A program made the translations under genes and the position numbers. The notes under the pieces were generated by a model. It did not search any database. It saw nothing but the letters and a program-made list of their open reading frames with translations, and was not told where the DNA came from. From Piedraia hortae CBS 480.64 (lineage: Eukaryota): DNA of 64,000 bases. Positions within the stretch are counted from its first letter, which is position 1. Every line of letters starts with the position of its first letter. Location: positions 206,217 through 270,216 of the forward strand of contig MU005963.1 in the NCBI GenBank assembly GCA_010093745.1, read 5' to 3'. This document shows positions 48,420-60,448 of this stretch, one piece after another.

Positions 48420-50136
48420 ATGCTCATCAACAAGAAGATACACGTCCCAACTGAGATCGTGTTGATGATACCGCGTTGTCTCGCGAGTGAATATAAAACT
48501 TTGCTCAACCTCGCTCTGGTCTGCAAGGAATTGGCAGATGCTAGCAATGAATTCATCTGGAAATCTGTGAAGCCACACTTTCTGTGCGGGATCGCCTCTA
48601 TCGACCAGAGGCAGTACTATGCAAAGATGGTTCAACGCTTATATATCATTGGAGACTTGCACGAATGCAAATACCAAGGAAGAATAAAAGGTCTATCCTT
48701 CCCACGACTCAGGAGGTTGGTTTGCTTTAGAAACCCAAGTTACCAAGAAAAACTGTCCATCTCCCAATTCCTCCAGTCGAATATGCGTGAGCTAGGCCTA
48801 AATGAATAAAATTTTGAAGAAAGGGAGGTTCTAGCTATCCTCATCCCAACCCGGTGCCCCCAACTAAGACTGTTGTACCTTGTGGCTCCACCAAAGTCAA
48901 TGACAGTTGCTGGGCTAATAAGTCTAATTGAACAGCTTCCTATGCTCGTAGAACTGGGATTTTCTCAAGTTCAACCCGGCGCTAGCGTGGGCCATGCAAT
49001 TCAGCATCAATGTCTGCAAGCCTTTTTTGCATGTGATTGCTTCGTTAGCTTCGAATGGTTGCAGAAGCTGGCTTCAAAAAGCGTCACCGCCTTCTCTAAT
49101 CTCCAGGAGCTGTACCTATACCTCAGCGCAGCTTCAGTGCCACTTCTTCCCAGTATCGTAGGAGATTATCTGCATACCCTTGCACTTAACATCACTTTCT
49201 CAGACTCTGGGAATGTTGTTGAGAAGTATCAGTGCCATACCTTGACCCGATAATAAAGGCTACACAAAAGAAAAATCCTGTATGGCAAAATGCTCGAAGA
49301 GCATAATAAAGAGGACAGTGGGGCGATGGAGTGATATATGAAACTGTCTGAACAAAGAAGCTACTTGTATATAAGCTCGCTGTTGAATATTAGAAAACAT
49401 AACTTTGTTAAAACTTAATCTTCAGATCGATTACGCTACGCAACAACTATCTTCCAACAGGGAATAGCTTGTATGGCCTTAGCAAGGCTGCGTCCCTGCG
49501 CAGTTTATACATAACCTTCGTCCATGATTCTGAGCCAAGAATCGAATCGCGAGACTTTAAAGTCTTAAGCAATTGAAGTCATTGGAGGAACTTAGACTTC
49601 TTCCATCGCTTTCAACGATGATCAATATCGACGGCTTGAACGACGAACACTTCATCGACCTCTTTGCTTGCATGCCTAATTTAAGGAATTTTCATTTAAA
49701 GAATGATGGCCCAATCGCTCTCAGCCTTGCAAAGTTTATTGCGATGGGCGAATCTTGCCCCAAATTGGTCAATCTTATGATGAATGCGCGTTTCGACCTT
49801 CGCGCCCTGCCGCTCACGTCACCACCCCTTTTTCCGTGTCTCAAATTGTTGAAACTGAATGAAGCGCTTCCTGGCAAGTAAGTACACATGGGCTCGGTGA
49901 TGGACGTGGTTTGGAAGCTGACGACGCAACAGCTTCGATAAATTCGAACGCCTGGGCAAGTGGGTGGCCAAGGTCGAGAAATTGTTGCACAATCATATGC
50001 CCCGACTGAAATCTTTGTTCCTTTACGACGGTTGGAATATACGGAACATCTTATTAGAATACACTTTCGGGCAACGCGTGGAGGAGAAGGACTCCGCTGC
50101 TCCATTACCATCAGTCCAGCGATGACAGAAGAGTGA
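48420..50136 (+). pseudogene. F-box-like/LRR-like gene, disrupted (paralog of 58380-59849)
   Basis: HVPTEIVLMI...LLNLALVCKELAD...W aligns by eye with the 58 kb copy. In-frame TAA at 48807, solo LTR at 49214-49459, 1-nt frameshift near 49560, and the same 3' intron position as the paralog. Confidence 0.75.
49214..49459. mobile_element. Solo LTR (246 bp, TGTTG...CAACA) with 5-bp target-site duplication GGGAA
   Basis: GGGAA (49209-49213) | TGTTG...CAACA | GGGAA (49460-49464). AT-rich with a TATATAA box. Removing it restores the host frame DSGNSLYGLSK, matching the paralog's ENVIGTLSK in length. Confidence 0.85.
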
Positions 50137-50946
50137 CCTTCCGCATCACCATACTAGTCGGCCATCCACCCCCAACAAGAAGTACACAATGTAGAACTTG
50201 TTGGTAAGAGTTTCACAAGAGTTTTGTCGAGTATTGCCATTTCAAAAATACCCCCTGACCGTGGCACCATAATTCAGATGACATTTCGTAGCTGCCTGGA
50301 CATAACAGACGAAGTTCTTGTGCCCGATCAATCCGCTATATCCAAGTTGGACTGTATCATTACCATTATCATCACCAGCCTTCATTTTCTTCGTGCAGAT
50401 GGCCTGCGCTATAGCAAAAGATCTTCCGAGGCGCGCGCACATACACACAACGACTCACTTATTGAGAAAGATACTCATCCTTGCACACCAAACCATCCAT
50501 ATCTATGCCACAGCAAACCACGCCTCAAATTGTCTTCTCTTTGCTTTGCTCTGATTTCCCATCAACCCATCCTTCCATATAGGCCCCCAAACGACTCATC
50601 ATTAAACCAACACCCGGGCCTATTACTCGCCTCCTTCCTCCATTGTCACTACGGAACCACTGGAGCCTCCTTCCTTAACCGGATCTTGTAAATTTCATGC
50701 CATCCGATTTTGACCCCGGTGATCATTTAATCTTGTCATTCTGCCCCGGACAGAACGATTCATCGTACCTATCACACCTGACCCTCGATGGAGCGCCCAA
50801 AACTCACCTGGGAGGATTTACACAAGGGAAACTCTGTGTGCAAGGGTGTGGGTGTCTGCTTGCGCTGGCCGCAGCTTCGGGGGAACTGCAGAAAAGGTGA
50901 ATGTCTTAGGTATATACTTTGAGCAGCCAGAAAAGGTACATATATT

Positions 50947-51025
50947 GGGCTTGTGGTCTAGCGGTATGACATCTTCTTAGCACTTGGTTTGGAGAAGGTT
51001 CTGTGTTCGACTCACAGCTAGTCCA
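50947..51025 (+). tRNA. tRNA-Ala(AGC) with a 7-nt intron (50983-50989)
   Basis: Acceptor stem GGGCTTG/CTAGTCC with the G3:U70 alanine identity pair, A box TGGTCTAGCGG, anticodon stem TCTTC/GGAGA, AGC at 50979-50981, T arm CTGTG-TTCGACT-CACAG, T6 terminator at 51031. Confidence 0.92.
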
Positions 51026-51701
51026 TCTCCTTTTTTGTTGTCAGATTTGGTTTGCAATTGTATGAATGGTGCCCGTGGCACAAGGAGGCGGAGACCGATT
51101 TGACATGGACTTACATATTTTGGGTCGTGAAATTCTCATACCAAAGTAGGCTTGACGCTAGTCCTATAATGCTACTTGATCCAAGGATTTCCCGCTAGTA
51201 CTGGTAGCGAAAGGTAGCAGGAGATCGAGTGCCTGGTAGAAAATTGAGGTCGTCATAACTGGGTCCAGCAGCACCTGCTTTTTGAGTGAAGAGACGGACA
51301 CCAAAAGAGGTCATGTCATCCAAACCCTCCAGCGAGCAACTTAACTCAGGCCCATGACAGTGTTGGCATTAAGTCTCGTTGCTATGAGTGTACGACGCCA
51401 ATACGCGACACCGCTTACACCAGCAGCTGCACCCTAGGTTTGGTCCTCACAGAGGTTTCCCTCGGGTCATGTCGCATGCGACATGGTGGATGCGCCCTGC
51501 TACCGTTTGAGGTGAGTCATGGATTAAGACTGCATGCTGACGTTCTTACTGCATGTTTGGCCATTTGCTTCCGGTCATACGATTAATGACTCGTACGAGG
51601 CTACGCACGGGCCTTCCAGCCCAGGATATATTCTCTGATGTCCCCTCGTAAATACACTTGTATTCACTTGTACACACATCTCTACTCTCCATCCATCGTT
51701 C

Positions 51702-53020
51702 TCATTCGCACATACCATCTGTTTTCAGCCAGTAGATGAACAATAAGTGCTTGCATTGCCTAAACGTTTTTGCGGCGCTGCGTATGGCTTCACTAACTCT
51801 GATGCCAATCGAGGGAGATTCAAGGAGTGTGAATTGCGCTTCGTTTGAAATATTCGCAACAACACTTGAAAGCGTGGGGATTTTTGATCCGAGAGCGGTC
51901 AAAATATTGGGCTTCAAAGGCATCCATATGCTGCCAAATTGATTGTCGCTGTTGTGTAATAACGATCTTTCGGCTCTTCCGCGGAGAACCACGTGCTTCA
52001 ACTTTGGGGGTGGCACAACGCCGTGTAGGAACATGGTGTCTAGAACCCCGTATTCGGCCGTCAATCGGAAGTCCTCAGGCGCAGTAAAATCCTTGAGGTT
52101 GTGCACAGTCGACGAGGTCCTTGAAAAGCCCGTCAACCTTTGCGCATATTGGTTCAACGATTTCAACAAGGTTTATTTTTTCGGCTAGGGAGTCGAAAAA
52201 TCGATTGGCATCGCCCCAAAGAAGGTTGTTGGTGTGCAACATGGATAGGACTATTGAATCATTGTAATTGTTTTCGACTGTTTCCCTGTTAGCTTCCGTT
52301 GAGAGACAAACGTTGGTTCGCATACCTGGCACCAAGGGCTCATGAGCCGCTGGGTATTTTATAATAGCTTTAAGTGCATCGTCACCAATGATTACCTCCC
52401 CCAGCCTTAGATGCTTCAGTGGCGTCTTAGCAACCGCAACATCGAGGCAGCTATGGGCTAGGAAAGCAGCGCCGGGAATTTTAAAATGTTGTAGAGTTGG
52501 AAGCGCAAATATAGCAGATAATCTGCCAATCACGACTGGATTGTCCATAGGGGAGGCCAGCCTGATCAGATGCAGATTGAGGGCATTGAGAGTAGACGAC
52601 ACCTGCCAATCAGGGTTTGGTTCTGGGCCAATGAGTTCATTTAGAGTGAAGAGCCATTGACTGAGGACTGTCCCCTTATAAAATGGAGGGAAGTCGACCT
52701 CGGGTTCATCTTCCATACAGTAATATGGGCTTCTGATAGTGAGCTCCGTCAGTTTCGGCGCCTGTGAAAGTGATAACTTTGTATTGAGTACGGTCTCAAA
52801 TGAATCCAGGTGAAATGGTACCGAAATTGACCTGATATAATGTTTGCGAGTAGGACAGACTCGGAGAGCCTTCAAAATGGCCTGGAGTTGCATGAGATCG
52901 CTGAACGAGACTGAGCGGTAGAGCACTAGTCTGCAACATTGCAACAACGCTTGTTGACTCCAGCAAGACTGCTATGTGAAAAAATAGTTCATTTGGTGAC
53001 GTCATCAGTGATGGGTCCAT
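51702..53020 (-). pseudogene. F-box-like gene of a second family, frameshifted
   Basis: N-terminal MDPSLMTSPNELFFHIAVLL continues as CCRLVLYRSVSF in another frame. LRR-like middle. Second frameshift at an A7 run near 52180. Confidence 0.55.
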
Positions 53021-53885
53021 TGCTGGCTAGTTCGAAGTTCTCGGTTGGCTTGAGGTGACACGAGAAAGACAAATTTAAAATGACAGGTCCATAACACAAC
53101 ATGCTTCGATGTAACAGTCATCATTGACACCAGTTAACAAGCTAGTGACTGGCTGTTAAGAATGTGAATGGGAATAAATAGTGGTGTTTTAAGGCATCAA
53201 TCCCAGGGATCAAGGGCCGGTCCCACCTTGTGAGTCACTGAAAGTTGCTATTTGAGGAAGGTCAATCTGGATTACATCAGCAATTCCGCGTGATCTCGGG
53301 GTCGGATTGATCTGCGATGCTTGGAAAAGGCACCTGAATGCCCCACTATTTATACCCACTTACTTTCTTAACAGTACTTGCTGCCAGTCATATGCGGAGG
53401 GATTCACGTGTGGCCGTTCGAAGAGGAACCATATACTTGGACACAACGTGTAGCTATAGTAGGTTTTATATATATGGCCTATTACATCACGAGTTCAATT
53501 TCAAATTGGAAGAGGCAAAAAGAGGCAGTAATGGACTAGCTGTGAGTCGAACACAGAACCTTCTCCAAACCAAGTGCTAAGAAGATGTCATACCGCTAGA
53601 CCACAAGACCATGTATACATATTCCAAATGAAGATTTGATTATCATATTTGAAGGTCTCGTCGTTTGTGACAACTTTGGCCTCTATGTCTTCTCAAATTG
53701 TGGTCGCAAATTCTCAATTATTATTGCGAGAGGTGTTGTTTGAAGGCTGCCAGTTGGAATTAAATCCTGTAGTGTCTAGCAGTACTTTTTACAAGTGCGG
53801 TGGTCTGTGGGACTCGGTATTATTGGCGAATGAACAGAAATTTACTTGGAGTATCTGGTCCCTGGGTCAGTCAGGTTCGGTCATG

Positions 53886-54480
53886 TCATATGTGACATGG
53901 CGAATGCGCCCTGCTAGTGTACGGCGTGATGTCACCGGTCCACCGGTACAGAAGATCTATTTTGACGTTCCCTCGTAGAGATACATGGTCATTCACACTG
54001 TCACATAGACACTGGTGTTGACTCCTACCCACCTGCATCGTTCCTGTCCCTGTCGTTGATCTCCGTCTATCGCTACGTCCTCCTAGCTCGGGCCGTTTAC
54101 GCAGTCCCATCCACGAGAGTACTATCGCTACAGAATATAGATGTAGACTCCTGACAGTAACCGGATAATGAGCAGTTGCCTTGCCTAGCGTTTTTGCCGC
54201 TTTGCACATCGCTTGCTTCACGCTATTCGCACTCCTGAAGTTCCATCGAGATGAAACTGTGATTTGTGGGAATTTTGCAAGTACACTCGAGAATTTGGCG
54301 ATGTTTGCTGCGAGAGCGGACAGAATATCAAGCTTCACTGGTATTCATGAATTTTCAAGCTGGCCCTCGTTGTTGAACAAGAGGGACACTATCCTTCCCC
54401 GTAGTACCATATGTCGTAATTTTGGTGGCGGTTCGACGACTCATCCTAATTTGGCAGCTGCGATCGAGTCAGTCATCTGC
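53886..54480 (-). pseudogene. 3' fragment paralogous to the 51.7-53 kb gene
   Basis: KLDILSALAANIAKFSSVLAK...VKQAMCKAAKTL resembles KPNILTALGSKIPTLSSVVAN...VSEAIRSAAKTF. Confidence 0.5.
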
Positions 54481-54584
54481 GAATGAGCTCACGCAGGGCC
54501 ATTTAAAAGTAGAACCATAAGATGGGGGGTGATTTTATATGAATATGCTCCGAATGTATCATAGTACAATGGCCTGCTATTACT

Positions 54585-57356
54585 CTACAGCTCCAACCTA
54601 ACCCTCTCAAAGAACTTATTACCCATCAACTCCTCATTACCCTTGATCAATTCCCTCAGTTTCTCGACCTGCAGCTTCTCATCCACTGCAGCTCCAGCGT
54701 TATCTTCCTTCCACTTTACCAAAATCTCTTTGAGCAATCTACACCCCTCTTCCACCTCCTTCTCATCCGCAGCCACCTCCGCCCCCGCAGAGGTCGATGA
54801 CGCGAAATTCTCAAGCTCGCCCGCTCGCCACTTGGCCATGTTGACCACCTTTTTGGGAAACTTCACCAGCTCCGCAACATTTATGCCAAACGACTTCTCG
54901 CTCACGCCTTCTTCCACCTTGTATAGCAGCGTCACATCCTCGTTATCGTTGTCAAAGTGCGCCACGACCCTCAGGTTTCCTACCTGGGGAAACTTGTCCC
55001 GCAAGGCGGCTAATTCGTGAAAGTGTGTTGCGAATAGCGTCAGACACTTCGTCTCCGTAAGGAGATACTCGCTAATGGCCCAGGCGAGACCAAACCCGTC
55101 ATAGGTACTTGTGCCCCTGCCAAGCTCGTCGATGATGACAAGCGACTCGCGCGTGGCACTCTTGAGGATGTTGGCGGTCTCTAACATCTCCGCCATAAAT
55201 GTGCTGACACCGTGCAGCTGGCTATCGGATGCACCGACACGTGCAAGGATGCTATCATGGATACAGAGCGTTGCAGAGGTGCAGGGAACGAAGCTGCCTA
55301 CTTGGGCGAGGAGGGATATTACGCCCAGTGTGCGGATATAGGTTGATTTGCCGCCCATGTTGGGACCGGTGATGAGGAGGAATGAAGGGGGGTTACCCTC
55401 ATTACTCTGGTTGTCATCCTCTCCAGTCTCTTGTCGGCGGCTCATGTAAAAATCGTTCGCAATGAATGTGATTTCGCTCTGCGCTTCCATGCATGGATGT
55501 CTCGCCTCTTTGAGCTCTGTAATGCCGGTTGCGTCCTCACGAGGATGGATCTTCGGCCGCACATACGGCACGGGAGCATGTACTGCGGCATGTGCGAGGG
55601 AGATAATTACGTCCATGTGTGAAAGCACACTGGCGAGATGTTCGATTACAGGCGTGTATCCTGCTGCAATTTTCAGCACCTCCCGAACGAGGCCGGACTG
55701 TGTACGGTTGTAGTTTTGTGTCAACTGATCAAAATCCCTCTTCAGCGCAGAGAGTGTGGGGGTGGTAAAAAAGACACCGTTCTTCTGTGTGGCTAACTCC
55801 ATGTAAGGCTTTTTGTTACGGATTATGCTGGCTTCCGCGCGTGTTAATCTGAAGCAGAAGCCATGACCTTTGTTATTCTCGAGGAAGAGCTTCTTGTCCG
55901 CCTCGACGTTGAGGTCATCAGCGACTTTCCGATGTTCCTTGTTCATCTTCGTTCGGGCTTCATCGAGAAGTTTCTTGAGGACTTTGAGCCCCTCCTCAAA
56001 ATCTGGCTTGATGGCAAATTCATGGTTATCGAGTGCGTCTAGGTCGACGGTAGTTTCAACCATTTCTTGGTACCCAGAGAATTGGTTGGAGATACTGCGC
56101 AGTTTGTCGGTGTATTGCTGGTCAAGGACATCTTTGTAGGCCTCATCCATGATGTTCTCGTACGTGTCAATGATATCCGGCAGGCGAATGATGACCTGGT
56201 AGACCCTCACAACATCCTCAAGCGTGGCTTTCTCGCGCTGAAACTTCTTTGCGAGGCGGTAGAGGTCCGGTATATAGCGAAGATGTTGTTCTTGGAGCAC
56301 CTGGCGGAGTTCGGTGTCGGTGAAGAATGCCTCAACGAGCTGCTGGCGTTTTCCGATTTCTTCCAAGCTCATGAGAGGCTGTTTAAGCCATTGCGAGAGT
56401 AATCTGCTGCCCAGAGGGGTTTTGCAGTGGTTCAGCAGCCCGTAAAGGTTCATTGTCTTGGAACTATCCTTTGGCCCTGGCATCAGGTTCAGAGCTTTGA
56501 GAGCAGACGAATCAAGCTTCATGTACTGACTGAGCTCATGCTGGTACAGCCGGTACTGACCGTAGTTTGTAGTATCAGTCATGATATCCAAATACTTGAT
56601 CAGCGCAGCCGCAGAGTTCATGGCCAGCTTAAGGTCGCTATGGAAGACGTTGACCTCGTCTCTTAACAACCGCGCAAGATCCTGTTCTACATCTCTACTT
56701 CCAAAGTCGCCCGGAGGTCTCTTAGACACGGCGCAGCCGCAATTTTCCGCAATCGAGCACAGCTTCTGCAGGTCTGGATCGCTGCCGTCCTGAATCAGAC
56801 ACTCGCGCACGCCAAGCTGGATGAGTAGCGATTCAAAGTTGGAGTAGATGTCGTTATCCACAAACTCGCTAACTCCCAGTTCCCTAACACTTGCATCTGC
56901 AAAACAGACGCCTACCTGTCTAGCATCCGCCTTGGCAGAGGCCTTGACTGCAAGGATGATGGGCGCAGATTCAATGTTTCCTCCCAACTCATCTTCAATA
57001 TCCTGTAAATTTCCGGGCGATGCCTGCTTGGCAAGGGCCCATTGGTTGCGTCCCGTGCTGGAGTAAATCTCTACTCGTTTGCCTAACCTAAAGATGGCCT
57101 CTCTCAGGAAATTCTTGTACACAGTCCATGTCATGGTTACAGACGGTAATCCGGGACTTCGGCCAAGGGTTTTTATCACCGAAGTGGTCTTGTACTGATG
57201 CCTGGCGATGAGCAGAGCATCTGTCCCATGCGCGCTGAGGTAATCTCCACGGTCGAAGATGCGGACAGTCTTTTCATCCTTGTCTCTACTGAGCGCGCTG
57301 AACGCTTTGATGAATCCCGTCTCATCCTCTACTTTGAGCTCTGGTCTGTTGCCCAT
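54585..57356 (-). CDS. MSH2: DNA mismatch repair protein Msh2 (intronless)
   Basis: MGNRPELKV, FDRGDY.SAHG.DA, ASPGNLQDIE, EARHPCME, ITGPNMGGKSTYIR, STFMAEMLET, DELGRGTSTYDGFGLAW. Confidence 0.98.
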   Translation of the reverse strand: MGNRPELKVEDETGFIKAFSALSRDKDEKTVRIFDRGDYLSAHGTDALLIARHQYKTTSVIKTLGRSPGLPSVTMTWTVYKNFLREAIFRLGKRVEIYSSTGRNQWALAKQASPGNLQDIEDELGGNIESAPIILAVKASAKADARQVGVCFADASVRELGVSEFVDNDIYSNFESLLIQLGVRECLIQDGSDPDLQKLCSIAENCGCAVSKRPPGDFGSRDVEQDLARLLRDEVNVFHSDLKLAMNSAAALIKYLDIMTDTTNYGQYRLYQHELSQYMKLDSSALKALNLMPGPKDSSKTMNLYGLLNHCKTPLGSRLLSQWLKQPLMSLEEIGKRQQLVEAFFTDTELRQVLQEQHLRYIPDLYRLAKKFQREKATLEDVVRVYQVIIRLPDIIDTYENIMDEAYKDVLDQQYTDKLRSISNQFSGYQEMVETTVDLDALDNHEFAIKPDFEEGLKVLKKLLDEARTKMNKEHRKVADDLNVEADKKLFLENNKGHGFCFRLTRAEASIIRNKKPYMELATQKNGVFFTTPTLSALKRDFDQLTQNYNRTQSGLVREVLKIAAGYTPVIEHLASVLSHMDVIISLAHAAVHAPVPYVRPKIHPREDATGITELKEARHPCMEAQSEITFIANDFYMSRRQETGEDDNQSNEGNPPSFLLITGPNMGGKSTYIRTLGVISLLAQVGSFVPCTSATLCIHDSILARVGASDSQLHGVSTFMAEMLETANILKSATRESLVIIDELGRGTSTYDGFGLAWAISEYLLTETKCLTLFATHFHELAALRDKFPQVGNLRVVAHFDNDNEDVTLLYKVEEGVSEKSFGINVAELVKFPKKVVNMAKWRAGELENFASSTSAGAEVAADEKEVEEGCRLLKEILVKWKEDNAGAAVDEKLQVEKLRELIKGNEELMGNKFFERVRLEL

Positions 57357-57374
57357 TTTCGATAGATACTGGCA

Positions 57375-57402
57375 ACGCGTGAGCGAGCGCGTAAAGTCGC
57401 GG
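57375..57402. promoter_or_regulatory. MCB-like boxes upstream of MSH2
   Basis: ACGCGT at 57375, plus GCGCGT and TCGCGG, immediately upstream of the ATG. Confidence 0.55.
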
Positions 57403-58379
57403 AAATTTGAAGTTCCATACCAGCGGGTAGATCCGTGCGCAAGATAATCACTTCACACTGTCAAATGTCGAATGCAACTCTCTTTTGTGGAACTAGAGTT
57501 GTCACAAGGTGTTGGAGATGGTCTTCTTCAAGGTATGCGTAACCTGGTATTGAATATGACTTCTCCACTTTGTTTGCTTGCTTGGTTCGCTCAATTGAAA
57601 GGCTACAGTGTATACAGGCGCGAGAAATAATGTGGAGAGGCTTTCTCCTCAATGGCAAACACACAGTAGCTTGTGTGATGCGGATGTGTGAGTCTAGTTT
57701 CGTAATGTGCTTGACATGGTTGTGTACTCGAATGCCTTGCGAGCAGGCACTGTTTGGGTATGGATTTGTGATGATGTTTGTCTTTATTGTGAGCCTTGAA
57801 CCAAAGTCTTGCTCGGATATATAGAGTGTCCCTCCACTGGGTGAAGACCTCAAGATCCTCTGATAGAGCTCGATAGCTTGCATACCTCATCAGAAGCTTC
57901 TTCCATACTTAACAGCACACAACTGTATCATGACTTGTATGTATACTAAGGACCTGGCTCAAGCAATTGAGCTACAATGCAGATGATTATTGTTAGCATG
58001 AAGCCTCATTTCTACAAGTACATGAGCATATACTGCAGAAATCTTCTAGTGGAAGCTATATGATATCCTTGAGTCCGGTTTCTGGCTGCAAGGTCCAGAC
58101 TTTAAGCGTACAACGCCAGAAGTCGTAGATAACCGCAGTGGAAGTGTGCCTGGTATTATTAAACGGGCCTTTTGTAATCTTGGGACCTTTATATTGAAAT
58201 AGTATCGAGTTTGTTTATCTGATTGAAGCCAGTGCGGAGACTGCCGAGCGGTATCGGCTGCCATTCGAAGTCGGGATCTGACGCAGCGTGTGGAATCTTT
58301 TTGCCCCACATGTCACAATGACAGACTTGGCCTTCACGGGAATTCTCCATTACGAAAATTTTTTGCTTCCATCAACACC

Positions 58380-59849
58380 ATGATCATCAGCAATATGATA
58401 CATGTCCCCGTGGAAATTTCGCAGATGATAGCAAGCTGTCTCAAGTGGGACCGGCAGTTGCTGTTCAATCCTACTTTGGTCTGCCACGAACTGGCAGACG
58501 TCAGCACTGATGTGCAATGGGAGTTCGTCTTTGTGGGGGCATTTGAAAAGGTGGGCTCCTTTGAACGAAAGCAATCTTACGCAAGCAAGGTCAAGTACAT
58601 GTGCAATCGCACCACCAACCAACCTGAGCTTCATGAAAGGATGGAAGGGCTATCCTTTCCGCTTCTCTCCAAGCTCGACCTTGGCCTAGGGTATTCGCCG
58701 TGCCGAGCTCAATTCATTGTCCACTACCTCCAATCAAATCTGGTAGTGCTTGGCTGCCATGGAATAACTAAGGAAGATATAGATAAGATCAACATCCTTG
58801 TCCCCACTCGGTGTCCGCGGCTAAAGAAGCTTAGCTTGAAATGCGCTCCAGCAACTCAGGAAACCGGCGGGGTAATGAAACTGCTTAGTCAACTTCCGTG
58901 CCTCAAATCGCTACTAGTATTACGCTTGGAAAGCTATTTGAACCTAGACCCCGTTGAGCAGCATGACAATCTGCGGTACTTGCGCGCGCTCGATTGTTAC
59001 TTTGGCCCTAGTTGGTTCCGCCAACTGGCCTCATTAAATGCACCTGTATTTCCCAATCTCAAAGAGGTGGGGTTAGGTTTAAGCTCGGTATCTGTGCCGC
59101 TACTTTCCTGCATCGTAGGAAGTGTACTGCGAGCAATTACCATTCTCATTATCAATACAGGCTTTGAGAATGTAATAGGAACACTAAGCAAAGTGACATC
59201 CCTGAACACCTTGACTATCAACTTCCTTCATGAACAGCCGAAAACAATTGGTCCACGAGACTTCAACAACCTCAAGCAGCTCAAGTCGCTAGAGGTTCTG
59301 CATCTTCGCGGGAAGAATCTTTACGTTGATGAATTGGGCGACGAGCACTTCGTCACCTTCTTCGCGTATTTGCCACGACTAAGGGAGTTTATTATCGATA
59401 GTCATCACATCAACACCGTCGGTATCGCAATGCTGATTGCAATGGCCAGATTTTGTCCGAACGTGATATGTTGTGGGATCAATGCTATTTTCGACTTTCG
59501 TGATCTGCTGCAGACGCCAGCACCACTTTTTCCACGTCTCGCCATAATGCTACTAGCTGGGCCCCTACCCGAGGGGTAAGTTCTCTTATGCCTTGTGGTG
59601 ATTTGGAATGCAGAAAGCTGACAACTTAACACTCTATAGGATCCACCGTTTGACGAGGACAAGTGAATGCTTGCGCTGGAAGTCGATCGAATTGTACAGA
59701 TCCACGCGCCTCGTCTCGTTTCCTTTCTTTCGATTGGCCGAGATCCGGTGTTCGCTGCAGTGAGGACTGTGTTTGATGAACGCGTACATTCGAACGAGTT
59801 CTGGAGAATGAGGAATCTATTGTTTCAACAAGTAACACGATTGAATTAG
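58380..59849 (+). CDS. F-box-like/LRR-like protein; ~400-codon first exon intact, intron 59576-59639, second exon possibly damaged
   Basis: HVPVEISQMIASCL...TLVCHELAD...W, then LRR-like CPRLKKLSL, LPCLKSL, FPNLKEV, LKSLEVLHL, LPRLREF. The exon-2 frame that matches the paralog contains a TGA at 59664. Confidence 0.65.
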
Positions 59850-60448
59850 CCCTATGGCTAGATATATTTCGTCTCCGATTTTCCGACTCTCGATGAGAAA
59901 TTGGATTACTATAATACTTTATACACATCAACGTTGGGTCTCGTACTAAGCACCTACAACCGACCAATATAGGCCTGACGTCGTGTGACTGTTTTCTACC
60001 ATCTGCAGTTCGCGACGCTGTAGGCTGTACCTAAATTCGACCTGTCATGAGGAACTGTCCGGGGGCGGGCGTGTCAAAGCATCTAAGCCCAACGTTCCCA
60101 GACTCTGTGATACCCTTGACTAGACGTGAACATGATATCTCAAGTGCATTGTGTTGAAAGCAGGCTGTATTATGTTGCTAGCATGTCCTGCGAAGCAATT
60201 TAAATGTTCACCTGGAAACCAATTAGCGATGCGTTAAGGAAAAGCCACCGTAGTACAATGCTGGGCATAGTACGCGCTTGGGCATCAACCATCATCAGCG
60301 GTACATCAGCTGTAGCCGACGTGACACAGGTTTGGGCATCACCAAAGGAACTTCAGGCCCAGTATTCCCAACCGTTCAGTAGCAATCTCAAACAATTCCC
60401 ATCAAGCTCGATTACATTCGAACATCATCTGCGGACACTTCTACCGAA

